Source: Styela clava | Taxonomy: Eukaryota | Direction: 5' to 3' | Length of the DNA stretch: 64,000 bases | Assembly: GCF_964204865.1 (NCBI RefSeq) | Contig: NC_135261.1 | Span: 7,812,001 to 7,876,000, forward strand | Part shown: positions 50,804-63,950 of the stretch, piece after piece | Layout: the number at the start of each line of letters is the position of its first letter | Position numbering within the stretch: the first letter of the stretch is position 1 | Notes under the pieces: model-generated | What the model was told of the DNA's origin: nothing | The model's database searches: none | The model's input: the letters and a program-made list of their open reading frames with translations, nothing else | Position numbers and translations under genes: made by a program

Positions 50804-50864
50804 ATTCTTCGTTATGTGCGTATTCTTTTCTCAAAAGTATGCTTTTGAGGTCGGGGTCACCATT

Positions 50865-51072
50865 TGAAGCGAACTAACTTCTTTCTAACAAGAAAAAGAC
50901 TTTGAACTATGTTGATGTTTAATCCATAACAAAGCAATGTTAACGACAAGCGAACAGAAAACAGAATGACAAGTTATCGTAAGAAAAGCACGTAAGTAAT
51001 CATGCGTGACAAAAACATAAACAAAACAATTGTGACTCATAACGGCTATTATTAGTTAAGTGGTTCGCCACA
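50865..51072 (-). repeat. 5' LTR
   Basis: Identical to the 3' LTR and followed on the minus strand by the PBS. Confidence 0.96.
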
Positions 51073-51642
51073 ATGTCCGTTTTAAACGTCGGGTGGTAAA
51101 ATAAGAGAAAAAAATTTCATAGTCAAGCGTCGGTGAATGCAATGCAAATGGCGTCGAAGAGTCGATGCAGTTCGCATGCATGGCATATTTTCATGTATGC
51201 ATACTTGTTAGGAAGCTATTCAAAATTAATTTGAATATCGAAAAAATTGACATCATACATAAATGAGGCTTGTTTGTAGCTTTGATTGTAAATTCGATTT
51301 GCAAATCAGCTCCCGACTCCAAGCGAGACTGATTTGAGACACATTACTTTGATTCTCAAATTTGAGTTGTAAATTTAAAAGTTAACTAAATGCCTTTTAG
51401 TTAAATTCCCATTTCTGTATTATGAACTACGACTCCGACGACTGGAAGTCAGAAGTTTACACACCTCGCTGGTTAAAATATGACTCCAGCTCCGGCAGCT
51501 CACTCATTGAGTCTGATATATTTTGGGTTCGTTGTTAGCTTCACAGACAGACCAGCAGACAGAGGTTGATTATTGTCGTTTTGCTTGTCCAGGCTTCGGA
51601 AAATACTTTCTACATTGCTGTGCCTTGTTGTTAGAGATAAGA

Positions 51643-54600
51643 ATGACGACTTCGCAGCTGTTGCCACTTGGTGAGTACCGTTACCTATTCAAGTATTCCT
51701 TGGAACTTTAAGTTAGACGGCATTTGTGAGAGTCTGAGAGTGGTGTGCGATCAAGATGAAAGACGGCTTAATGACGTGGTGGTTAATGCCCTCTCTCCCG
51801 GTTAAGTTGCCTCTTCATGTGAATTATGCAAAAGATAGACAGTTATTCGTTTTAATGGGGTCTTACTACTTACTGAATACAGCGCGAAACACCGCAAAGA
51901 GCGCAAAACGGCGCGAAACAGCGCAAAACATAGAAAAACAGCGCGAAACAGAAGGAAACCAGCGCAAAACGGAGGGAAACAGCGCAAAACAGAAGACGCA
52001 GTCATTACCACCTCCTGCCACAAAAGTACCACGGCGCCTCTCGTCATGGTTTTATGGCGCTAATTCCGGTATATTTACAAGGTTATGTACCGGATTATAG
52101 GTCATCATACGAAATTTTATCTACCTTTTTGGTGCTCCAGAAGTATGTGCAGCAATATGTCGCACAACCTGAATCCACTACACACACACACACATACTAT
52201 TTTCAGGTTGTGCGCCATCTTGGTGCACATACTTCTGGAGGTCCCTTTTTACCTAACCCTAAAGCCAACCATATCCATATGGAAAATGTTCTAAATTATG
52301 GTACCCAAAATGTGTCACCAGCAGGGGCAGACCTGCCATTACAGCATTACTGGCTACATACGTTGGTTTGTGTTTTTAATTTGCTGGTGCCCAACAAGGT
52401 GCCCCAAACTCATTGCAAAATTTTTTTCTGCTTAACACTGTTTCACTCTGTTTTGCGCTCTTTCGCACTGTTTTGCGCTGTTTCCCCATTGTTTTGCGCT
52501 GTTTCCCTCTGTTTTGCGCGGTTTCGCGCTGTTTTGCGCTCTTTGCGGTGTTTCGCGCTGTATTCAGTAAGTAGTAAGACCGTTTTTAATGTTATGGAGC
52601 ATGTAAAATTATTTTCTTGAATGTTTGGTTGATGAAACAATAAAGTGTAATTAGATGAACCACTCTAAACCAGTAAACAAATTCTTTCAATCTTTGAGCA
52701 AAGCAGTTCCAAAACTTTTTGTTTGGAAAAAATGCTGCTTTTAAACTCAATTTTGTGATTGGTTATGTTTGTAAACATGTACGCCTATGTAATAGACTGA
52801 ATAGAAGTGAAAGATACGGTAACTCTTTTCCTCATCTCTACCTGATTTTGTTTTAAAATGCTGAAAAAATCACTCCTGTTTCTGTGTTCACTAAACTCTT
52901 TCAGCAGACAAATCAAATATTCAATCATATTTTAGTTATGTAGAGTCTATAACACAATTTTGTTAATTTTGTGGAGAACTCAGCAACTCACACATTTCGG
53001 TAAACTCTGCTTCAGCACATATTCATGCTCACAAGATTTTAAATCTGCAAACCCACGTACAGACGTAGGATAATCCAGTAATCAGAGTGATGATGGCAAT
53101 AATTTTAACACTTCCAAAAAACAGCTTAACTTGTTTCAGAACTCGTGGACAAATGCATTGGGTCCAAGATTCACATCATCATGAAGAGTGAAAAAGAAAT
53201 TGTTGGAACCTTACTTGGTTTCGACGACTTTGTCAGTATCCTTCACAATAATACATTACGCAATTCCATCTTCTTACACATGCCTTACATTGATTTCAAT
53301 CTTGGTTTTGATTCAAGACCCAAACAATCTAATTACTGAATTATTTCACAACATGTGTGGTTATATGTAGGATTACACTATTACAGATTATGGGAGGTCA
53401 AACTAAAAAAAAAAGTATAAATCTTTCGCACAGGTTGACGCTTTTCAAATAGAATTTGATATTTTAACACAACTGGTATAGACTTAGAAATGGCTATTCA
53501 ATCATGCTATATATCTTATGCACATGGATCAGTAGTATATATCTGAATACTGTATGTAATGCCCAAAATGTGCACTGCATCTACAAAAGAAAAGGCAAAT
53601 ACTTGTATATAGTAGGCCTATATTGTTTTTATAACGAAACTATGCTAAGCTCTATCTATCATTTCGCAGTCTGAATAAACCGTTTTTTCACTACATAAAA
53701 TGAGGTCAAGTAAGTTTGTCATTAACTTTGGAGTCCCTAACCGCTGTTTTTGTAAATACAAGTTCATGCATCTGAAACGAACAACTGCAGAACTGATTAA
53801 ATATTCCCATATCCGACATATACTGGTAAGCAGATAAGAGACTGTAATTTGCAATATATTTAAGCTATTATATCGGCATTCCTCTCCATCAGGATAAGTA
53901 TGGTAATCCTATCCTGAATCAATGGAATCTCTTTTTGATTCAGATTTAATCTTCATACAGAAAGTTTTCGATGTTGCATGGTATGCGAATGTTATTTTCC
54001 ATTTAGTTATCATAGTTTGGTAATAGTATTATATTTTCCCACATTATACAATTCGAAATTTTCCTATCATTAGTGTAAAACAGATATGGTTTTAGAAGAT
54101 GTGACTGAATTTGAATCAACACCTGAAGGAAGAAGAATTACTAAACTTGATCAAATATTATTAAATGGAAATAATATAACAATGGTAAGAGTAGACATCT
54201 TGCTTTGGTTAACTTAATATGTAACAAATTTGATGTGATTCAATACAATAGTCTGTGTTGATGAATGGTTGCTGGATTTTGATAATGATGGTAATTAAAG
54301 TAAAATTTCCAACAGAAACCAAAAGGGCATTTTGTTTTCATATGCCTAAGTTTTTATGGTCTAAGCCAGGGGTGTGCAACCTTTAGTACATAAGGGCCAG
54401 ATACAAATAACTTAGTGAAACCGCAGGCCGCACTGTTATTTTACATATGCTTTCTTGTAGTTGCAGGCACGAAAATTATGGGGTTTAATTGGTTATTAAA
54501 CAATTATTGGCAATTAATTGGTTATTGATCTTGTGACATGCGTTGATCGCCTTGCCTGAGCTAACTGTTAGGGCAATTTGCCGCCATGGTTTTGCGTTTC

Positions 54601-55845
54601 TTTGTATATTAAACCACTTTCCTTTTCCGCAATGCCCAATCTAGCAATCAGTGTAGTTTTTCATGGCTTGGTCTTAAAAGCTTTCATGGCTTCATGAGTA
54701 TGCAATCGTCGACTATCGTCGCAAATTTATTACATTCCACTCCCCACATTATCTTTGAATGAGATTGTATTGGTCATTATCAACGTAAGTGTTAAAAGTA
54801 CAACAGCCCGAAAGTTCAATACTATCGTGTATTTTGTTTAAGTTTGGCCCAAGCCTCATTTAACTGGGCTTGTGTTTTTGTTTGCGTGCTGGTGGGCAGG
54901 CACATGAGATACTTCTCATGTTTTAAACTTTTTTATAGGTTTTGCTTGCCCTCCAGAATTCTCCATTTTTAATTTATGTTTGTTATGGAGTTTTCAAAAT
55001 AAACTATCTATCTATCAATTAACGTCATATGCATAGTTAATGAATTGGACTCAGGAATAGGCTAAGCAACGCAAGGGGATTGGAATTACCCACACAACCC
55101 AAATTAAACTAATTTAAAAACATGTTTTGCGGGCACAATTTTTCCTTGTGGGCCGCATTCGGCCCGCAGGTTGCACACCCCTGGTCCAAGCCATCTAAAC
55201 TGTAAATTTACTAAAACCTGGAATTGGATTCAAAATTCTCGAGTCAAAATTAATCTTTGGTAACTCAAGTTTGCAGTCTGGTACAAATATTACCAGACTC
55301 TGTAGTCATGGTGGTGGGATTTGTGGTCAACAAATTAGACGACACCCTGTTGCAGGGTTTTGCAAACTTTTTGGACCGGGAACCACTATTTGTGGATCTT
55401 AGTGATGATGCACCCCATCCTATGCTGTATCAGTTTCTGTGCAAAACCGACGATAAATGATAATGTTTCATTCACAACACAACAATACAAACAACATTAA
55501 TGCGATGGATGTGTTTGCTTTTCACTACATAATTTATCGATTCTCGGAGACTTTGAGACTACAAATTTGTGACAAGCAAACTCGTAGAAGAGACTTTACG
55601 GGAACTCTCGGCTTTTGTGCATTCATCACAGACCCCAGTTTGGGAAACCCCGCCCTGTTGCATATGTGCATTAGCGGTGTAATATTTTATATGTAGTACC
55701 CACACGTTTCTCTGTTTCCAATTCTACCCTCTTTTGCTACATCATGTTTGTACGCTATAATAAGAAATTTGATATAATATCACCAAATGTAACTTGTATT
55801 TAAAATTCTCAGCTGGTTCCAGGAGGAGAAGGGCCTGAAGTGTGA
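51643..55845 (+). CDS. LSM5: U6 snRNA-associated Sm-like protein LSm5 (exons 51643-51670, 53140-53235, 54084-54184, 55813-55845)
   Basis: Spliced product [85 protein letters not shown] is recognisably LSm5. Confidence 0.97.
51858..52582. mobile_element. Foldback/Mutator-like MITE in LSM5 intron 1, with a nested family A MITE remnant
   Basis: ~130-bp TIRs: GGTCTTACTACTTACTGAATACAG followed by 11-bp CAGCGCAAAA-type repeats. 9-bp TSD gttttaatg/tttttaatg. Confidence 0.8.
53236..54083 (+). other. U12-type (minor spliceosome) GT-AG intron
   Basis: Donor GTATCCTT. No polypyrimidine tract. A degenerate branch-point-like TTCCTATCA lies ~14 nt before the CAG. Confidence 0.8.
54367..55183. mobile_element. 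Non-autonomous hAT element in LSM5 intron 3
   Basis: TIR CAGGGGTGTGCAACCT and TSD gtctaagc/gtccaagc. Confidence 0.85.
55353..55652. mobile_element. 300-bp hAT MITE in LSM5 intron 3
   Basis: Ends CAGGGTTTTGCAAAC / GTTTGGGAAACCCCG and a perfect TSD ccctgttg. Confidence 0.85.
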
Positions 55846-56139
55846 CGATAACTCTTTTAATTCTCTTGTTTCATTCAACTATTAGCTTAGAAAAAGCTAT
55901 CATATGCTGACAAATGTCAATGGCTCAATCCAGTGCTGCCTACAAAAGCTTCCTTGTCAAGCATGGACTATTTCTAATTTATTTTATATATCTTACTCTC
56001 AAACTTTGGTTGTTTTAAGAACTTGGATTATGTTTGAAACTGTCTGGGATTGATACTATGTCATCAAATTTGTGTCAAAACGGGGATTTATTTTGAGGAA
56101 ATGCTACTACTACTAATATTTAGGTGTCTTGGGATGTGG

Positions 56140-56410
56140 ATATGATAGGATTTACAGATTTATCCAGGGAGAGGAAAGTCAATAATACGGCTTGATCGTT
56201 AAGCCGTAACCGACCAGCGGTTGCATGAACCTCCCTATCGCGGCAGGGAGCTTCATAGGCGTGAACTGGGTGGCGCAGTGAATCACCCTACGGCGGCAAG
56301 GAGTCTAGAAACCTTCTCGCACATAATTATCGCCAATCGATTCGATCCTGTGAATTCAGACAGGGTAATCAGAGGTGCGGCGACCTGCGCATTCCTCGTG
56401 CGTAGCACGA
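56140..56410 (-). mobile_element. SINE-like repeat between the convergent LSM5 and sulfotransferase 3' ends
   Basis: Reverse complement shares CGCACCTCTGATTACCCTGT, ATAATTATGTGCGAGA and AACCGCTGGTCGGTTACGGCT with 23120-23400. Confidence 0.65.
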
Positions 56411-56916
56411 TGCTACATCGTCGTGAAAGTATTGTTCGTAAGAGGGAGAGTCGCATGGAATATATGTTGAAGTGTGGTACTTTTAGTCTCACTTCATTAA
56501 ATACCTCTTGTTCCGGCGTAGTTTCCCCATGGCGATAGCTGGTATACTTTCAGAATATGGTAGTGCTTTTTATACGCTGACGACAATAGCGTTATTAACA
56601 ATACTATATTTAGATTGTCGGAAATGGCGACAGTAAATTCACTGTTTGATGCGTACAATAGCTTATTTATCAAAAACACAAGTAAAAACCATGTACGACG
56701 ATTAAATTTTGCACATCTCAAATATATACATCACAAGTCAAGCTTTCTGAATATTGCAGTAATTGGTTTGTAAGAGTAACTGGAATATAATCCGAATAAA
56801 ATGAAAACGACATTTTCATAAGGAAAGATTTGGCGATGCATTTCTACTTGGACATTCGATTTCTTAACATCGAAACAAATGGAAGATTTTTTGTTCCAAT
56901 GGAACGTTCAGCGGTG

Positions 56917-59822
56917 TTAAAGTAGTAGCACTAATGCTGGAACCAACAAAATCATTAAAGTAATTGAAATATACATCTCGTAAAACATTCCTTGTACTTT
57001 TGGGTCGCTTTTAAATCTCTGTGCCCAAATGTTTCCTCTCTTATTGATGTGCGGAAAAGGTAAATTTGGTTTGTCAAGCTTTAAAAAGTCGCACAAAGGA
57101 GTCCATCCATCTTTTACGCTGCATACCAAAGTTCTATCTTTCGGTGCATTCTAAATAACAAGTGAAAACTTGACCGGAGCCGATCGTATTGTAAAATTCT
57201 ACAAAATTGACTCAATAAATAGAAAACAAAGATTATATTTTTGATTGCAATGGGACCTTCGGTATTTGTTAGTAAATTGATATCCCTGGTGAAGTCATTA
57301 AATGACCTATGACCAGATCACATGACACGTACCCGATGACCTGATGTTAGCACTTCAAATCTATAACCTGTCTTGTCAAAATTTGGCTGATTTAGAGCAA
57401 ATAATGGTCTTGATGGCTAGCCAAATATTACAATATTTTCAAACAATTCTGAGGAAAACGTAAAACCGATGATGTAAGAGCTAACAAATATCTTCCATAC
57501 GTATCACGATTGGTATCGCACATTTGTCAAGTTTTTTTTATTACTGGACAATATGGAATACAAATATCGTCCTATTCTATGAATTGGGCGTTTACCGACT
57601 TTCGTAACCTATTGCAACTTCCGCATTCGATGATGCAAAAAGAGCTGTCGCGGTTGACGCCTAAGATTTCTCGGCCTGAACTGAAGTTGGAACAGGTCAA
57701 AGGTTATAAATGTCAGCAATCTCAGTCGTTTACTATATTCAACAGTCAACATGATAAATTTATTTTTATACCTGTAGAATATCTTTGTTGTGCCTCCTGA
57801 AAGCATTCAACATTAGTCGATCTTCCAACTTCAAGTATCGTTTACGGGGAGAAAGATATTCTGACCACGTTGGTCGATACGATGGATCAACATGTTTTTT
57901 CACTTAAAAAAAGGTTTGTACCTGGTGCATGATCACGCTTAACAAATTTTTCGAACAAATGAATGAATATAAAACGTTTTAACGTGTATTTTATGGCGAG
58001 CGGTCGCCACCAGGCTTGCCATTCACATAAAAAAAAAATCACGACGTTCATAAACTCAGCAATGCCGTCTCAAGAATCACCGAATCCGAATCCCGTGAGG
58101 GATAGTTATGTGCGAGAGAATTGCTGTATCTTTACAAAGACCACGTAGTCAAGCGCAGAGAAAGATCTATCATTTTTATGCGCGCCTAAAACGTATATTT
58201 GGTCACTTTATTATTTTTTTTATGAGAATTGTGTTGAACATATCTAATATATGATTGAATATTTTACATATTGTATTTATTATTAATGTTTTATTGTTTC
58301 TTATTTTAAATGCTATGTATATGAATCAATAAATTCATTTTATCTTTTTACGTTTTTTACTATGTTACGCAGTATCTGGCTCTATTGTTACGCATAATAC
58401 ATATCATACGAGCACTGTTGTGACATTTTGTCACACCACACTATTATATTTCAAATTAAATTAAACAGAATCGTGACATTTATTAAAATAATTATTAATG
58501 AATATTATTTCGAACATTATTGGAAAAATTGTCTCCATTAGTCTGGACAAACTCAAGCTACTCACGACAGTTATTGATAAATGCAATCCACTGTTTTGCT
58601 TTGGGTGAAAATACTGACAATGGAAACGATAATACACCCTGATTCACAACATCGACCTGGTGTTTCCAGCTGTCTAACCATCTTTCTTCGTCCCGGGTGA
58701 AAAATATCAACTGAAAATTAGAAATTTTGAGATTGGATTATAAGTCAATAACTTAGCATAAGCACAAAGCACTCCATAGAAAGTGAATTGTGTTAATTAA
58801 TGCAACGCAAGCCATACAGCGGAAACGGAAACCATTACTGCGACAACCTGTCACATGTGGCACGAAGTGTAAAGTATGACACAAGTGTAATATGTCTAAC
58901 AAACTGCTGGCATCATAGTATCAGCTCAGTGATCACAACTATCAACTGCATGTAAGATGGCGAAGCACGATAACCATAACTGTAGTTTAGAAGTATTGGA
59001 CATAATGAACTATTGCAATTTGGTATTTGTCACTTGCTATTGCTATCCACCTTCAAACTATAATATTGCATTGACCTATTTTGAAAAAAACTTGAATTTT
59101 TACCCAATATTGGACTTGATACGAGGGCTGGGCACTTCGATTCGAATAGTAAATTATTTAAATCGGTTCAGAGCAAATTTCCGAATCGCCGCCATCTTGT
59201 TTTTTTTTCCTTTCCGCCAATGGTTTTTCAATGCAATTCTGACATATGACTATTTTCTGTAGTGAGTTATTGACAAATAAGTGTTTTTCATTGTTTGTGA
59301 ACGCTCAGCAATCTGTCTTAGTGATGTATTTCTATGTTTTCAGTAATTCATTGGTTACAGAACCAATTACAATAAAAAAGTCGCATACAATTACATATCT
59401 CTCATTGACTCCCTAAATATTCGAGATTCGATTCGAAAAAAATATTCGATTCGATTCTGAAATCATCAAGCATTCGAAAAAGTCCATCCCTACCTGACAC
59501 AGGCTTTGATTTTTCATGATTTTGGTTGTAGTGTTTAAACTTTAATTTTAGGTATTCAATTTTCTATTACCTTCAAATCTGGAAAGGCTTCGAGAAATTC
59601 TCTCCAGTAAAAGTACACGGGTATGCCACTTATTACATCATATTTGTTATACATTCTCCTCAAATCACTTGGAATTGCCTTCCCATCGAAAATCTTATTC
59701 CACTCATTCCCAAAAGTGAAACAGGATAAGGTAGGATCAGCAACTTTGAACCCCAATTGCCGAAGAGCTTCATCGGCCGTCTTGCTCCCGGTTTTACTGA
59801 ATCCACATATTAGGATTTTCAT
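56917..59822 (-). CDS. Sulfotransferase-family P-loop protein (Sulfotransfer_4-like) with C-terminal TM (exons 59571-59822, 58566-58710, 57772-57902, 56917-57150)
   Basis: Motifs MKILICGFSKTGSKT..ALRQLG, W.EFLEAFPDLKLIFFTRDEERWLDSW, RRHN..I...APKDRTL, DGWTPLCDFL and PFPHIN, then a hydrophobic C-terminus. Splice phases are compatible. Confidence 0.88.
59123..59492. mobile_element. hAT-like MITE with TTCGA subterminal repeats
   Basis: Ends GAGGGCTGGGC / GTCCATCCCTA and an imperfect TSD cttgatac/cctgacac. Confidence 0.6.
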
Positions 59823-60261
59823 CTCAATTATTCTATATATTATATTCACTGTTTCTGCGAATGAGGTAAATAATTTGCACGAAAATTCCCATCTGCGTTA
59901 GACGCACAGTCTTTCCCTAATCCTTGCACTCTTGCTGCTTTGCTACTACTTACTACTAGCTAGATTGGAGAAAAGTCTGATTCTTCACATTGACTGAAAA
60001 TATTCCAACGTTACTGCACTGAAACGATCTTTAAAGGAAACGACAAGTCAATTTTTTTTCTCATACGTGCACGTGACAAAACTACTATTTCAACCGAAAC
60101 AGTTCATGCAAACTACCTACTTAAAGTCAACGATTTGAACTTCGAAAATGATCGCTGGTGAAATAGCAAACAATGATGAGTCAAACGTTTCAACTCACAA
60201 AGTTCGTTTTATTCAATTGTGATAAATATATACGGGTATATATTTCTTGTTACATGCTGAG

Positions 60262-60358
60262 AGCGATACTTAAATATATGGACACGAAAACCAATACAAA
60301 GTAGTACGGCAATCTTTCACAGTAGTCTGCCGGTACCGCAGTCTTCACGACTTCACCA
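60262..60358. repeat. Dispersed short repeat family (other copies at ~592-648, 9535-9625, 21022-21075, 46180-46297)
   Basis: Shared core AAATATATGGACACGA...GTAGTAC...GCAATCT..CACAGTAG...CCGCAGT..TCACGACTT. Confidence 0.7.
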
Positions 60359-60666
60359 AACCACCAGAAAGCAACCAACGCGAACAATTTTTAATTTTGG
60401 TGACGCCATCGCAGACAAAAAAACGAACCCTATAATGCCCACAGATTCTTTTGAAATAAACGAAAGTAATGGCTATTAGCAACAATAATATTCGTCACCA
60501 CTGAAAATTTCAAAGCAATTGGTCCAGTAATTAAAGAGAAAGGCGACCTTTCAGAACATATCCACAATGACAAAAAAGAGTAAAAGAATGCCACCATCAA
60601 CAACATATATAATAACATAACGATCCATAGGTACACTTCGTATGGTCTGAAGTTCTCATGTTCTTC

Positions 60667-60902
60667 GGTACTCCCGAAGTGTGTGAACCAAGATGGCTGA
60701 CACCGGAACGTAGTATGTGTACCAGGTTAGGGTTAGGCCATAATTTTATTCCAATTTTCTCTATTTTAGTTCTATTACGAGTTCGAGGACTAGTCAAGTG
60801 ACTATCATAGTATTTGTACTCGAAATTATGGCCTAACTCTAACATGGTACAGATACTACCTTCCGGTGTCCGCCATCTTGGTTCACATTCTACTGGAGTA
60901 CC
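60667..60902. mobile_element. Family A MITE (Merlin-like)
   Basis: Full palindromic copy, GGTACTCCCGAAG ... TGGAGTACC. Confidence 0.75.
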
Positions 60903-62599
60903 AAATATCCTACAATAATAGTAGTAATATTTTTATTGTACGTTAAAGTACATAAAATATACTTGTTTTCAAAATGTAGAAGTTAATGCGCATCCATATC
61001 AGTTCAAAAGACATAAATAAAACGTGAAAAGGGGCATTCCTAGGTAATTTAGTAACGATTTTCTAAAATATCCCATTGGGGGTGGACATATTTTTATTGT
61101 ACATTAAATTTACTTGTTTTTAGAATGTGAACAAATAGAATATAGAATGCCCCGAGCATTCAGCCTACCTTGCGTAATGATGAATTCGGCCCTGGTTACG
61201 GCTTGTTCTTCGATCTTTCGAGCAACCTCGCTGCTTATCTGAGACTGATGCTACCGATTCGCGACCTCCATGCCATTATAATTGAGCCTGGTTATTTTTT
61301 TTTTATTTAAATTCAGAAATTATCATCGCCTAAATACAATAACAAGTATAACAGCATAATTCAAAAACAAAAAACACAAGGTTCTTCTGTCTATTTGTTG
61401 CTTACAATTACCTTATATATAGCAAATATAATGAATATATATTGCTAATTTGTAGACCGTCTCAGACTTGCAAGTCACCCGTTCACCCTTCCAGCGCCAA
61501 TGCCCAATCTCTATTTGATTTTGGATCTCCGCTCTAGGAGACCCTTATTATCAGGTCGCCTTTTAAATTTGTCTGTATGTATGGCTTGCTGTAGCGTCTG
61601 AAGGCTGGACAGTTCTGAATGAAATTTCTCAAGTGGGTTATCCTATCCCCCTAGTATTGTGGGTTTCAGTGACAATCCGAATTAGTGTTTCGTTTCCATG
61701 GCAGCAGCAAAAATACGCGCCGATTGTTGAAAAACTTCGAATTTAGTCGTATTTTTCGCCAATTTATCGTAAACCCGAAAATCAAAATTCCGAGAACGCT
61801 AACCCCTGCTGAATAAACTACTCTTTCGAACAACTACTCTTTCGTCCTCCATCACCGCGGTACACCATAAATTGGGGAAGCCTTATGGATTTTAAGTAAT
61901 CTTATTTCGATTATTAGCTTCAGTATATCACTCACGCGTGAATGTCACGTAACGCGCAGTGCCTAAAACAAACTGTCAGTTTCGGTAACCCGCTCACTTA
62001 ATCACGCTGCCGTTTTAGATACGCAAGTTCCTATGGATAGACAATAACTTTATTTCATCATGCAAGAAATCACAACACAAATTCAAAATAGGAAAAAATA
62101 ATTATGCGTTACAGTAACTGGAAGTCGCGAAGGACCAGAAATGGTCATCATAAATCTGCGACACCAAGATTAAAAACGAGTCAATAATAAAAATTGAAAT
62201 AAATAAATGAAAGCAATAAACACGAAGAGAAACTTATCCATTCAATAATTAACCAACAGGATTGATATTAATCATCATATATGATTTGGGAGAGAAAGTA
62301 AAAATAAAAGTCGGGAAAATCCAATTGATATACAGCAATATTAAAAATAATAATCCACCATATCATTCAGCTGTGCTCATGTTAGTCGTTGGCTGTGCTT
62401 CTGTACATTTGCAGCGATTAAATTTTCATCTATTGTCATATGCAACATTAAATCGAGCGATCATTATATTTGATGAGAAAAATTAAATTAAGCAACCTCC
62501 ATGTACGAATTCTAATGCACAATTTATACATACTCCATGTACAACTTTTAGGGCGAAAATAGAATTTTGCCCAGAAAATGGAAGTTGGCCCAAGGTCGT

Positions 62600-63950
62600 T
62601 TATTTCATTTTTTGGTACCCGTGTACTTGATTGAGTTTTGTGTTCTTGCAGTAGAATATCTGGGCACAAAATAGTTTTCACGCGCAGAAGATCGGGTGTA
62701 ATATGTGTGGGTGTTACACTGATTAGTGAAATCTTTATCGAATGCTTCAGGTAGGGATTTATTTTGGTGTTGATGCATTAGTTTTGCAATTTCAAAATTG
62801 AATAAGTCTGTCAATTTCAGAATGTCGAGTGTCGAATAAAGCTGATTAATCTTAGTTCTAGGTACTGCATTGAAAAGAGATCTAGCAATTCGGTTTTGTG
62901 AAACATTAATTTGTCCTAAATATTTTTGTGCAGCAGCTCCCCATGCTAAAATTCTATAATCTATATTGAACATAAGATTGAAAAATTGAGGTGAAAAATA
63001 CACAGAGCGCATAGTTGACGTAGATATGTATTGTTCGAGCTTATAGAATGTAGGTGATGCCGACTGCTCTGGTTATTTTTTTCACTACGTTCTCAATATT
63101 TTTGTCCCATTTAAGACCAGAATCAATAAAAATTCTTAGGTATTTGTATGATAGCACATTTTCTAATTTGGTACCATCAATTTTTATTGGCAAGTCATGG
63201 TTTATCTGACGCTTTTGGAAGTAAATATCATAGATTTTGATTTTTCAATATTAATTATCAGTTTATCTGAAACCATCCAATCACGTACCTTCACCATTTC
63301 ATAGTTTACATTATTCTCTAAAGTTGGAATTGATTCAAGACTGGAAAGAAGACCGGTGTCGTCGGCGAATAGTTTCGTTAAAAGGTTTGAGCAGTTGGTG
63401 AGATCATTAATATATATTAAAAAAAAGATTGGGCCTAAACATGATCCCTGTGGACGCCGCAAACTATTGGTAAAGTTTTAGATGTTACTTCGCCAATTTT
63501 TACAAATTGTACTCGGTTTGTTAGGTAGCTCTTTAAAAGTGATTGGGCGGGTCCACGAAATCCATAATTAAATAGTTTGTAAAGCAAAATTTTGTGGTCA
63601 ACTGTATCAAACGCTTTCTTTAAATCAATGAAAACAGAACAAACAATCTCATTATTTTCTAATTTGTCACAGATGTATGACATCATTACTAAAATAGCAT
63701 GGTTTGTTGAATGGTTTCCCCTAAATCCAAATTGAGACTTATTTAATATATTATGTTTATTGATAAATTTCATCATTCTTTCGTATATTAGTTTTTCAAA
63801 AAGTATGTTTAAACAAGAAAGAATAGAAATTGGTCTGTAGTTAGATATTATTTTATTATCACCAGATTTTAAAATTGGTGTTACTGGAGCAATTTTGAAT
63901 ACTGAAGATTACATACCCTACTGTATTGACGCATTAAACAAAATCATAAG
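62600..63950 (-). mobile_element. Decayed non-LTR retrotransposon (L2/Crack/Daphne-like) reverse transcriptase fragment
   Basis: YRPISIL, QFGFR, DLKKAFDTVDH, PQGSCLGP, FADDT and YYTRSS motifs, spread over frameshifted ORFs. Confidence 0.88.

Larger units (their letters stand above)
46783..51072 (-). mobile_element. Full-length Ty3/Gypsy LTR retrotransposon, CsRn1 clade
   Basis: 208-bp LTRs with TG...CA ends, 4-bp TSD ATGT, PBS TGGTGACCCCGAC (tRNA-Trp) at ~50850-50862, PPT GGGGGGTAG at 46991-46999, a CHCC Gag knuckle, and PR-RT-RH-IN domain order. Confidence 0.97.

Noticed and set aside
51756-52640. ORFs with RETAQ/FCAVS repeats
   Set aside because: They are translations of MITE inverted-repeat arms in LSM5 intron 1.
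60715-60850. TTAGGG runs as an interstitial telomere
   Set aside because: Only about two units, embedded in MITE TIRs.
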